Assembly (NCBI GenBank): GCA_047947115.1
Contig: CP170459.1
Location: forward strand, 1,248,001-1,312,000
Reading direction: 5' to 3'
Origin: Verrucomicrobiota bacterium
GTDB taxonomy: Bacteria; Verrucomicrobiota; Verrucomicrobiia; Limisphaerales; AAA164-E04
DNA: 64,000 bases
In this document: one piece after another, positions 1 to 8,750 of the stretch
Numbering within the stretch: the first letter of the stretch is position 1
Layout: the number at the start of each line of letters is the position of its first letter
Notes under the pieces: model-generated
What the model was told of the DNA's origin: nothing
What the model saw: the letters and a program-made list of their open reading frames with translations, nothing else
The model's database searches: none
Program-made: the position numbers and the translations under genes

Positions 1-165
1 GCATTGGTCCTGATCTTTATTGGTGGCAAAATGCTTTTGGCTTTCAAGTATCACCTGGATACCTTGCTTTCCCTGATCATTGTAGCCGGAATCATTTTTA
101 CTTCGGTCATGAGTTCCCTGATTCTAAGCCAGCTCCAGGGGAATAATGATGAATCCGATGGGTGA
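1..165 (+). CDS. TerC/Alx-family membrane protein, 3' end only (truncated by window edge)
   Basis: Frame 1 reads ALVLIFIGGKMLLAFKYHLDTLLSLIIVAGIIFTSVMSSL to TGA at 163-165; LxFIGxKML plus a final TM helix is typical of TerC C-termini. Confidence 0.6.
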   Translation, partial: ALVLIFIGGKMLLAFKYHLDTLLSLIIVAGIIFTSVMSSLILSQLQGNNDESDG

Positions 166-222
166 TTTTTTGCCCTTTCCGGAATGCATGGCACATATGA
201 GAATAGTTGTTTGTAGTCGTGC

Positions 223-867
223 ATGAAACCGACCCCGCTTTCCAAAACACTGGATGAGTTGTTGGATGGGCTCCCCGAGGGGGAGGCTGTCAGTGTGAAC
301 TGGATGATTTCCAAAACCGGCGGTCGTGGTATTTACCTGGTTTTCATATGGCTGGGTCTGCCATTTGTCGTGCCGGTTTCCCTGCCTGGAACGAGTGTGG
401 TGGCGGGTATGATCATGATGGTCATGTGCTGGTCGCTCATGTCCGGACGCGCCGGTCAATTGCCCGCTTTCATTGGAGATCGATCTTTGCCCATAAACCG
501 AGAATCCAAGATTTACCGTGGAAGTATGGCATTTCTCAAGTGGATGGAAAAATGGATCAAGCCTCGCAAGAGTGACTGGATCGAATGGCCGGCTGTATCC
601 AAGTTTAATATTCTATTGCTCGGTTTTTTGGCCTTCCTGCTTGTATGTCCAGTTCCCGGGGTGATACCTTTCACCAACGCCTTGCCATCCTATGCAATCA
701 TCGCCGTCGCCGCAGGGGTGATGGAGAAAGATGGTCTTTGCTTGTTTTATGGATATATTTTGGCCATAGCAACATCGGTGTATTTTGGCTTTGTGGCAGG
801 CGGGATTATTGCATTGTTCGTTCGATATTCTAAGGATATCCTGCTCTGGGTGCAGCAATTGATATGA
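223..867 (+). CDS. ExoD-family exopolysaccharide synthesis membrane protein
   Basis: 214 aa hydrophobic protein with LPFVVPVSLPG and PFTNALP...GVMEKDG motifs typical of ExoD. Confidence 0.8.
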   Translation: MKPTPLSKTLDELLDGLPEGEAVSVNWMISKTGGRGIYLVFIWLGLPFVVPVSLPGTSVVAGMIMMVMCWSLMSGRAGQLPAFIGDRSLPINRESKIYRGSMAFLKWMEKWIKPRKSDWIEWPAVSKFNILLLGFLAFLLVCPVPGVIPFTNALPSYAIIAVAAGVMEKDGLCLFYGYILAIATSVYFGFVAGGIIALFVRYSKDILLWVQQLI

Positions 868-2576
868 ATTTTAGATGGTCCATCGCGCCGATTCAGGATT
901 TGCAGGTCAAACGACTCTCCGAGGAGTTTGACCTTTCGCCGCTATTGGCCCAGTGCTTGCTCAATCGCGGGCATGGAGATTTTGAAAAAGTAGATCACTT
1001 TCTCCGCCCCAAACTCAAGAATCTTTCCGATCCCTTCACCCTTCCGAATATCAAAAAAGCGGTCGAACGCCTGTTGGCTGCCCGTGAACTGGAACAAAAG
1101 GTGGTGGTTTTCGGTGATTATGACGTCGATGGTGTCACTTCCACCGCACTAATCATCGAAGTTCTGCGTGAACTGGGATGGCGCATCGACTACTACCTGC
1201 CTCATCGACTCGAGGAAGGTTATGGACTCAGCCAGGAAGGAGTTGAGAATTGCCTCGAAAAGCTTCATCCGGATCTGATCCTGGCCGTCGACTGCGGCTC
1301 GACTGCCGTCGACACCATCGGTTGGTTGAAAGAGCGAGGTCTCGATGTCATTGTGCTCGATCATCATCAGGTTACCGATCCCGAACCGGAAGCCTACGCC
1401 TTGGTAAATCCACAACTAAACGGAGGACACCTGTGCGAACTGAGTTCCGTGGGCTTGGCGTTTAAACTGGCCCACGCGGTGATCAAGGTGTGCCGTGAAT
1501 TGAATCAACCGCCATCCGTGCATGACTTCGACATGCGTCCTTTGCTGGATCTGGTCGCTCTTGGAACGATTGCCGATTTGGTGCCGTTGACGGGCGAGAA
1601 CCGGGTGCTGGTGACAACCGGGCTCAAACGTTTGAATCAAACCCGTCGAGCGGGACTGCTTGCGCTGATGGAAGTCGCCCAGGTGCGGGATCAGGTAGGT
1701 GTTTTCGAAATCAGTTTTCAACTCGGCCCCCGGATCAATGCAGCAGGGCGTCTCGTGAATGCCGATACGGCGCTGCGGCTCATGTTGAGCGACAATCTTG
1801 AAGAAGCGCGCCAATTGGCTCAACAACTGGATAGCCATAACAAGGAACGCCAGACCATCGAGAAGGGAATTGCCGATCAAGCGATTGGCAACATACGTTC
1901 GCAGTTTGATCCGAAGCGGGATTATGTGATCGTGGAAGGCCAAATGTATTGGCACATTGGTGTGGTGGGCATCGTCGCCTCACGCGTCCTGCGCGAGTTC
2001 TATCGTCCCACCATCATCCTCGGGGGTGAGGGAGGCGAGTGGCGTGGGTCGGGACGGAGTGTGGAAGGTTTTGATCTGGCGGAAGCCTTGCGGACATGTG
2101 ACGATCTGCTGGTTCGACATGGTGGGCATGCCATGGCGGCGGGGATGTCGATTGATCCCAAGAACCTCGAAGAATTTCGTGAACGCATCAACGATTACGC
2201 CTCCAAACAGTTGACCAAGGATTGCCTGGTTCCTGTCTTGCATCTGGATGCCGAAATACCGCTTTCAGAAATATCACTCGAACGCATGGAAGAACTTGGG
2301 CGACTCCATCCTTTCGGTTCGGGTAATTCCGCCCTTCAATTTGCCAGCCGCCGGGTTTCACTCCAAAGTCACCCTCACCGCATGGGAAGGGAACATCAAC
2401 ACGTCAAGTTTTGGGTGACTGATGGAGCGTCCAGTTACGAAGTACTCTGGTGGAACTGCGGGAAATCCGAACTTCCATCGGGAAAATTCGATCTGGCCTA
2501 CGCGCCTCAAATCAATGAATACAACGGTCGCCGATCCGTTCAGCTCAAATTGCTGGACTGGCGTCCATCAAAGTAA
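864..2576 (+). CDS. recJ: Single-stranded-DNA-specific exonuclease RecJ
   Basis: GDYDVDG, VDCG, DHH, GTIADLVPL, GPRINAAGR, RGSGRS and GGHAMAAG motifs. Confidence 0.97.
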   Translation: MNFRWSIAPIQDLQVKRLSEEFDLSPLLAQCLLNRGHGDFEKVDHFLRPKLKNLSDPFTLPNIKKAVERLLAARELEQKVVVFGDYDVDGVTSTALIIEVLRELGWRIDYYLPHRLEEGYGLSQEGVENCLEKLHPDLILAVDCGSTAVDTIGWLKERGLDVIVLDHHQVTDPEPEAYALVNPQLNGGHLCELSSVGLAFKLAHAVIKVCRELNQPPSVHDFDMRPLLDLVALGTIADLVPLTGENRVLVTTGLKRLNQTRRAGLLALMEVAQVRDQVGVFEISFQLGPRINAAGRLVNADTALRLMLSDNLEEARQLAQQLDSHNKERQTIEKGIADQAIGNIRSQFDPKRDYVIVEGQMYWHIGVVGIVASRVLREFYRPTIILGGEGGEWRGSGRSVEGFDLAEALRTCDDLLVRHGGHAMAAGMSIDPKNLEEFRERINDYASKQLTKDCLVPVLHLDAEIPLSEISLERMEELGRLHPFGSGNSALQFASRRVSLQSHPHRMGREHQHVKFWVTDGASSYEVLWWNCGKSELPSGKFDLAYAPQINEYNGRRSVQLKLLDWRPSK

Positions 2577-2651
2577 GGCGTTGCCTTCAACGCGATGAAT
2601 GTGGATCGGCAATCAAGGAGCTGTCACACCGTCTGAACCCACTTACGTTTC

Positions 2652-3569
2652 ATGGCACAAACTTCACCCACCGCGCCCATTCAATACTTCAATCGCTACA
2701 CCCAGCAACTGGAAACGGAGGCGGTGTATGGGGATACTTTCCTGAAATGGGCCTATGGAAATCCTTTGGGCAAATTGACGGTTGAACTGATGGTAAAGCG
2801 CGCTTTTTTTTCGTCCTTTTACGGCTGGTGGATGAGTCGGCCTGCGACCGCCCAAAAAGTGCGACCATTTATCAGGCAGTTTGGGATGGATCCCAAGGCA
2901 TTCGTCAAATCAGTGGACAGTTTCGATTCGTTCAATGATTTCTTCAGTCGCGCCTTGAAACCTGAAGCTCGACCGATTCAAAGCGAGCCTTACACCCTTG
3001 TTTTTCCTGCGGATGGAAGGCACTTGGGATTTCAGGATTTGTCGGAATTGAAATCCGTGTTTGTCAAAGGACAGTCTTTTGATCTGAATGCTTTCCTGGG
3101 TGATCCTGAATTGGCGGATCGTTATCAGAAAGGTTCGGCCGTCCTGTCGCGACTTTGCCCGACGGACTACCATCGATTTCATTTCTCTGTGGATGGGGTT
3201 CCGGAAGCGCCACAACTCATCAACGGCATGCTCTATTCGGTGAACCCGATGGCGCTGCGTCAATCACTGGATTATATCTGGCAGAACAAACGCGTATTGA
3301 CGCGGGTTCGAACAGAATCATGCGGTCAGGTGCTCATCATGGAAATCGGTGCCACGAATGTCGGGAGCATTCTGCAAACGTTCACACCTGGGAAATCCGT
3401 TGTGCGTGGAGATCAAAAGGGGATGTTCCGGTTCGGAGGATCCGCCACCATGACCTTCTTTGAACCGGGCGCAGTGGAATTGGCGGAAGATCTGCTTCAA
3501 TACTCCTCAAAGTCCACTGAACTCTATGCCCACATGGGTGACGTCATGGCTTCTGTCTCCCAACACTAA
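2652..3569 (+). CDS. psd: Phosphatidylserine decarboxylase proenzyme
   Basis: SFNDFFSRALK, RLCPTDYHRFH, GATNVGSI and the FGGS autocleavage motif. Confidence 0.92.
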   Translation: MAQTSPTAPIQYFNRYTQQLETEAVYGDTFLKWAYGNPLGKLTVELMVKRAFFSSFYGWWMSRPATAQKVRPFIRQFGMDPKAFVKSVDSFDSFNDFFSRALKPEARPIQSEPYTLVFPADGRHLGFQDLSELKSVFVKGQSFDLNAFLGDPELADRYQKGSAVLSRLCPTDYHRFHFSVDGVPEAPQLINGMLYSVNPMALRQSLDYIWQNKRVLTRVRTESCGQVLIMEIGATNVGSILQTFTPGKSVVRGDQKGMFRFGGSATMTFFEPGAVELAEDLLQYSSKSTELYAHMGDVMASVSQH

Positions 3570-3588
3570 CCGAGAGTGCCAGACGCCC

Positions 3589-3772
3589 TTTGGAGTGCTC
3601 CGAGAATCGGAGCTCTGGATACGATCCGCAAGCACTTAAGGTATTCAAACTTCCTTGATCCTTCGTTCACGTAGAAATGGGCATCCTTTATCAGGGGTGA
3701 GCGTGGGGTTGATTGAGCATCTATACCGCTTCCCTGAGGTATCCAAAGCGGCGCTGTACGCCGCACTCCAAA
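3589..3772. repeat. REPIN-like inverted pair of GGAG-footed palindromes (copy 1)
   Basis: 3589-3622 TTTGGAGTGCTCCGAGAATCGGAGCTCTGGATAC; the reverse complement of 3739-3772 is TTTGGAGTGCGGCGTACAGCGCCGCTTTGGATAC. Flanks are shared, each has its own internal hairpin, and the pair recurs at 8336-8539. Confidence 0.7.
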
Positions 3773-3828
3773 ATGCCGTGGCATTGAGCGGGTGTTTGTG
3801 TGGGGTGGTTATTTTCAAATAAAACAGC

Positions 3829-3861
3829 TTGCCTTTATTCAACTACGAGCGTAGATATAAA
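3829..3861 (+). promoter_or_regulatory. Putative blaI promoter with BlaI/CopY-type operator palindrome
   Basis: TTGCCT at 3829-3834, dyad CTACGAGCGTAG at 3843-3854 and an AT-rich -10 candidate just before blaI; resembles TACA-N-TGTA operators. Confidence 0.45.
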
Positions 3862-3880
3862 ACAACAACCCCATTTGTAG

Positions 3881-4255
3881 ATGAATATGAAACGCCTGCC
3901 GCAGATCTCCGAATCGGAATGGGAAGTCATGAAGACGCTTTGGGATGAATCTCCTTTGTCTTCTCTGGAAATTGCCAAGCGACTGAAGTTGCATCCACAA
4001 ACGACCCGCACTTTTATCAGTCGGCTAGTACAGAAGAAGGCCATTCGGTTTCTCAAAAAGGGCAGGGCTTACCTGTATGAACCGTCGATTGAGGAGTCGG
4101 ATTGCAAGACGATGATTAGTCAGAAGTTTCTGCAACGTGTGTTCGGCGGATCACTGCAGCCGATGTTGACCCACCTCGTCGAGCAGGATGCCTTGAGCGA
4201 GGAGGAAATGGATGCATTAAGAAAAATTCTCCGTAGGAAAGGGAATCAGTCATGA
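3881..4255 (+). CDS. BlaI/MecI/CopY-family transcriptional repressor
   Basis: ISESEWEVMKTLW, TTRTFISRLVQK, GRAYLYEP, FLQRVFGGSL; ATGA overlap with the downstream M56 gene. Confidence 0.93.
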   Translation: MNMKRLPQISESEWEVMKTLWDESPLSSLEIAKRLKLHPQTTRTFISRLVQKKAIRFLKKGRAYLYEPSIEESDCKTMISQKFLQRVFGGSLQPMLTHLVEQDALSEEEMDALRKILRRKGNQS

Positions 4256-5655
4256 ACTATCTCATTTCCCAATTTGAAGCCATAGGAGCCTCGGTTTTTA
4301 AAATGTCGCTGGAAGCTTCCTTGTTGATCCTTGCGGTCCTGGTAGGGCAGCGGCTTTTGAATGGACGTTTGTCTGCACGTTTGCGTTATTCATTATGGAT
4401 ACTGGTCTGGATCAAGTTGAGCCTTCCCTGGCTGCCGGGGAGCATGACCAGTGTTTATGGTCTTTGGGAGGTTCGTTCAGGTTTGGCGGATCGAGGTGAA
4501 AATGTGAGTTATGCCAGGAGCTCAGCTGCTGCCATAACGTCCAGTGAGTTTGCTTTGGGTAACGGTGCAGGAGTGCCAAACATTGAAGTGAGCAAATTAC
4601 TTTCGAATAGCGGAGAACCTGGTGAAGTGCTCGCAGGAAGTAATCCTACAAGTGATGCCACAAAACAACCTGTGATATCGAAAGATGGATCCAGTCTGAA
4701 TCATCTTCAAATAGCGTACTTTGCCTGGGGACTTGGGGTGATGGGTGTGTACCTGGTGATTGTCCGGAATATGATTTTATTACGTCGCCGTGTTCGTTCC
4801 TTATCGGTTCCATTGTCGGAAGAAGTCAACGACCAGTTTGCCCAATGTCTGGAAACGCGAGGTATTTCTGGAAAGGTGTCGGTTCTCATCACCGGGGCTG
4901 TGGATTCGCCGGCGCTATATGGAATTTTCCGCCCAGTCATTCTGCTTCCAACGGATGTGATGAATCGATATTCGGACAAAGAATTGCATCTGGTTTACAT
5001 GCACGAACTGGAGCATTTGTCACGTCGCGATCACTGGATGAATGTTTGGACGAGCATGCTGCTTGTGCTGCACTGGTTTAATCCACTCGTTTGGTATGCT
5101 GTGAAACATATGCGATCTGACCGAGAATTTGCTGTGGACGAAGCGGTGCTCCGACATTCGGATGCCGATGCTGAGACCTATGGTGAATCCATATTGAAAG
5201 CCATGAATCAAGTGACTGTTCAAAGAATACAACCGGGGCTCATCGGGATTCTTGAAGACAAGACCGCGCTAAAGGAGCGGTTTGAACGGATTGCTCGATT
5301 CGATGTTCGAAAACAAGAGTCAAAGGGGATATGGATTCTGGTTATGCTGCTTCTGGCAAGTGTATTTTTAAGCCATCCGGTCAAGTCTGATTTAACAGTT
5401 CCCGATAATCAGAACGGGACTACAGCAGATGAGCATATTCAAAAAGTCGATTCGAATCATCCTACGCTAACCAGAGCTGATCATATTCGAAATAGATTGA
5501 AGGAAAAAATCATCAAAGAAGTGCATTTTAAAAATGAAGCGTTTTCAAATGTTTATCAGTGGTTGTATTATGAATGTGGATTCGATCGTGACAACATGCT
5601 TGGTGCATTTTTTTTGGTGACCGGATCGGATGACGGTATCATTAACAAACAAAAC

Positions 5656-7126
5656 GAACGGTGTCAAAAAAGCTAATCATAACTTCGCATATAAACGGAT
5701 GAGATGAGCCGCCATGTCAATGAGGGGCTTTTCTAAAAAGAAAAATGATCTCAAGCACCGGATAAACTTTACGCTTCGCTTGGAGTAGCGCTGGACGCAT
5801 TCGTACACCGTTGACCATTTTCTCCCGGCTTCTTTGGCAGCGTTTTTCATTGCTTCAAAACGAATTTGACGTCGACGAATTTCTGCTTCGTTGCTCACTC
5901 CGTAATCCTTTTCCAAATCATGCTCCATCAAGAGACAGAGGTTATGTGCCAGGCAAAGAAAGTTGGCTTGAATCTTCTTGGCCCGGACTGATCCGGCCCA
6001 TGCCTTTTTCTCCTGAAGTGTATTTTTAAACTCATCGAATACCTTCTCAATATCCCAACGCATCCGATATAGCTGTGCTAACAAACCTGGCGAAATAGTC
6101 AATTGATTGGTGATCAAAACGTGTTCCTTCCCAGTTTGCGGATCGACACATACGATACGTCGAAGAATGCTCTGGTTATTGACTATGATTTTTTTATCGG
6201 ACGTGATTCCGTGATTGAGACCATTTTCATGATCGATTTCCAGTTTATCCAGACATTCATAGGCAGTTCCGTCTTTCATGCGGGAAACAAAATAAATTCC
6301 ACCTCGTGATTTCCACCAATCCCACTCATCGAAATCGATGGACGCAGAGTCATACACATAGAGAACTTTGCGTCCCGTCTTGGCACCCTGCCTGAGTGTT
6401 TCGATACCCATCCTTTTGAGGGCTCGCATGTCATGCTCATGCTTACGATGAACCTCATCGGCTGTATCCAGCAACTTGATTGCATGGGATCTCAGATTCA
6501 GGGCGTAGAAGTAACCGGGAGCCCATTTCTTTTCATTCTTGCGTACTTCATGAGCCGAAGCACCATGCCAATGGCCATCAGCGGCATATATGTCATATTT
6601 TTTTAGTTCCTCAAAATCCTGAAGAGGGTCATTAAGTTCTTTGACAGCTTTAGCGCAAATACTATCATTTAATTCATCGGCAAGAAGGAGGCGTCGATTA
6701 CTTTTGAGAGATTCGAAATAAAGCCCCACAGAAACATCACTCTGAAAGTGGGGGCCGTATTGTTGGAGAAACCCTCGGCCGCTGGGGGATTCCATAAGAA
6801 TTCGGGTGACTCCTAATTCAAGCCAATGCTGGTCGGGTAATTCATTACATTGGCGAGTGTGAACAGCTCGATTCAAGGCGTCAAATAAAGGATTGAAGAA
6901 TGCTGCAAATATCTTATTATCAGTTAATAGTGCTCTTGGCATGAAAATTTTTTGGGGTCAGCGCGTCAGAGTCAACTTTAATCGCACAAAAACCGGGTAA
7001 ATTCTCTGTTTTAGAGCATTTTAATCTTTTTGAAACCATTGAAAAGAACCGAGTCAGTCAAGTGATTCCCGTCGCAGGAAACCGCTTTCAGGCGTCAAAT
7101 TGAGTTTCGCCCTTTTGACACCGTTC
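5656..7126 (-). mobile_element. IS4-family insertion sequence, 1471 bp
   Basis: Perfect 14-bp TIRs GAACGGTGTCAAAA (5656-5669) and TTTTGACACCGTTC (7113-7126); 8-bp direct repeat AACAAAAC at 5648-5655 and 7127-7134. Confidence 0.93.
5677..6942 (-). CDS. DDE transposase (IS4 family)
   Basis: 421 aa; AADG and VYDSASIDF motifs and the Y-x2-R-x3-E-x6-K motif (YRMRWDIEKVFDEFK). Confidence 0.9.
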   Translation of the reverse strand: MPRALLTDNKIFAAFFNPLFDALNRAVHTRQCNELPDQHWLELGVTRILMESPSGRGFLQQYGPHFQSDVSVGLYFESLKSNRRLLLADELNDSICAKAVKELNDPLQDFEELKKYDIYAADGHWHGASAHEVRKNEKKWAPGYFYALNLRSHAIKLLDTADEVHRKHEHDMRALKRMGIETLRQGAKTGRKVLYVYDSASIDFDEWDWWKSRGGIYFVSRMKDGTAYECLDKLEIDHENGLNHGITSDKKIIVNNQSILRRIVCVDPQTGKEHVLITNQLTISPGLLAQLYRMRWDIEKVFDEFKNTLQEKKAWAGSVRAKKIQANFLCLAHNLCLLMEHDLEKDYGVSNEAEIRRRQIRFEAMKNAAKEAGRKWSTVYECVQRYSKRSVKFIRCLRSFFFLEKPLIDMAAHLIRLYAKL

Positions 7127-8335
7127 AACAAAACACATCCATTGCCAAACAGGTAATGGCAAGCCGAATCAGCATCGATCCCCCCATGTATGATGTGACA
7201 GCTTGGGATATTTGTGAGCGCATCGTTAAAGAATCATCTATTCCTATCAAACTACGGATGACGGATTCTGGTGTGTTGTTTTGTTACGATTCTTCTGCAT
7301 ACCAGATCAAGTTTGAGGCGCGGACTTATAGGTTGCCCAACGCTGAGCAATTGATTCATCGTGCAAAGGATATACTTCAAGTTCAGGGTGATGAGGAATG
7401 GGATGCATTTGAAAGCTTGAGAAAAATATTCAAAGCGGCGGGTCTTTCTTTGTTGGATCAACCGGACACGCTAACCAAGGAAGAAGAGCAATCGATCCAA
7501 TCCTTGTTTTACCCACTTTCCAAACCACCATCTGATCCTTTGCCTGATGATTCAAAACCAGATGGAAGAGCTGTTTTTTATAAACCTAATCCTGGATTGC
7601 TTTACGTACGCGCTCCCGTAAGTGAATTGACCCTGGTTGATAAAATTGTTGAAACGTTGGTTTATTCTGTTCCTGCCAGTGTTCAAATTGTAATCGAAAT
7701 GAAAGCTGGATTTTTGACTCGGTCGGTTCCATAGGATTCAACACGACATATTTTGTTGCGTCCATTGGACAAGGAAACTGGCAAAGAGGAATCAGTTTCC
7801 ATGTTTTCCAATCAACAATTCCATCTTTCACTCGATGAAGCGGATTCTTATTGGGAGACCATACAGGGTATCAAAGGAGTGGAATTGGTTCCGTCCCGAT
7901 CCGTCACAACGCTCAGTCACAGGCCCGTTACCTGGTTTGTTCCACTTGAAAAAGAAGACAATCTTGCTCCTCAGTTTTTTGCTTCAGGTCCTGCCGATAT
8001 GAAGGTGGAAGTTCATCCGGCAATCAATCAAAAAGCTGAGTCGAAACTGGAGATGGTTGTTGGACTCAATGCCATTTTACCAGGACTAACTCGGCAGGGT
8101 CAATTTGTGATGTTTCCTGACGGAACCCAATTCCCAGAACTCAACGGAGGAGGCATTATACCAAAGGGGAAGACGCTTTTGGTTCATTATTCCCGCAGCA
8201 AAAGAAAGGGATTACCATGGAAAGAAAGCGACGAAGAGTGGCTCCAGGAGTTTGTTGTCATGGTCACCCCAACGCTGATTGATCCAGCTGGGAACCGAAT
8301 CGATTGATGAGCAGGCATAGGTGAGCCGATGGCTC

Positions 8336-8539
8336 TTTGGAGTGCTCCGAGATATCGGAGCTCTGGATCTGGTTCGCATGTCAAAATAAGGTGCTGATAC
8401 CAAGGCGCAAAATTTAAGCCCCATAAGGATTCGCATGATTCAGGGTTTTAGCTCGGTTGGGGGGGAAGATTTTATGAAATGTGGTTGCAACGGCGTTTCC
8501 CTGAGGTATCCAGAGCGGTGATGCTCACCGCACTCCAGA
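8336..8539. repeat. REPIN-like inverted pair of GGAG-footed palindromes (copy 2)
   Basis: 8336-8368 TTTGGAGTGCTCCGAGATATCGGAGCTCTGGAT and 8497-8539 TTCCCTGAGGTATCCAGAGCGGTGATGCTCACCGCACTCCAGA match the two ends of the 3589-3772 element. Confidence 0.7.
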
Positions 8540-8650
8540 TGGCGTTCACTTGGTCTAGATCGGTTGGAAAAATGGGGAGCGCATGGGATTTAGGGTGTCG
8601 CAATGTCCTTGGGTTTTCCTTTGGGTGGTGAGTCCAAGTTTATGGAAGTT

Positions 8651-8687
8651 ATGAGGGTGGCGCGTCGGGGACGACACTCCCTACCTG
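8651..8687 (-). repeat. GTAG-type REP-like palindrome
   Basis: Reverse complement reads GTAG-GGAGTGTCG-TCCC-CGACGCGCC; near-identical copy at 61485-61520. Confidence 0.65.
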
Positions 8688-8690
8688 CAC

Positions 8691-8724
8691 AAAAAACCCG
8701 GGCGCTGGTTGCAGCGCCCGGGTT
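8691..8724 (-). terminator. Intrinsic terminator of the giant surface-protein gene
   Basis: AACCCGGGCGCTG-loop-CAGCGCCCGGG followed by T6 on the minus strand, 26 nt after the stop codon. Confidence 0.85.
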
Positions 8725-8750
8725 GGTTGCTTGGTTGAGGGGGGTAAGTG

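Larger units (their letters stand above)
4252..8307 (+). pseudogene. BlaR1-like M56 metallopeptidase with secretin-like C-terminal region, disrupted by an IS and an in-frame TAG
   Basis: M56 motifs SPALYGIFRPVILLP, HELEH, HWFNPLVW. Removing the IS plus one TSD joins 4252-5655 in frame to 7135-7734. TAG at 7732-7734 is in frame with ORF 7753-8307, which ends VVMVTPTLIDPAGNRID. Confidence 0.85.

Noticed and set aside
7732..7734. Pyrrolysine or programmed amber read-through
   Set aside because: No pyl genes are in the window, other genes here use TAG as a normal stop, and the gene is already IS-disrupted, so decay is the simpler explanation.
3589..8687. CRISPR array
   Set aside because: The palindromic repeats are inverted pairs kilobases apart, not regularly spaced direct repeats, and no cas genes are present.
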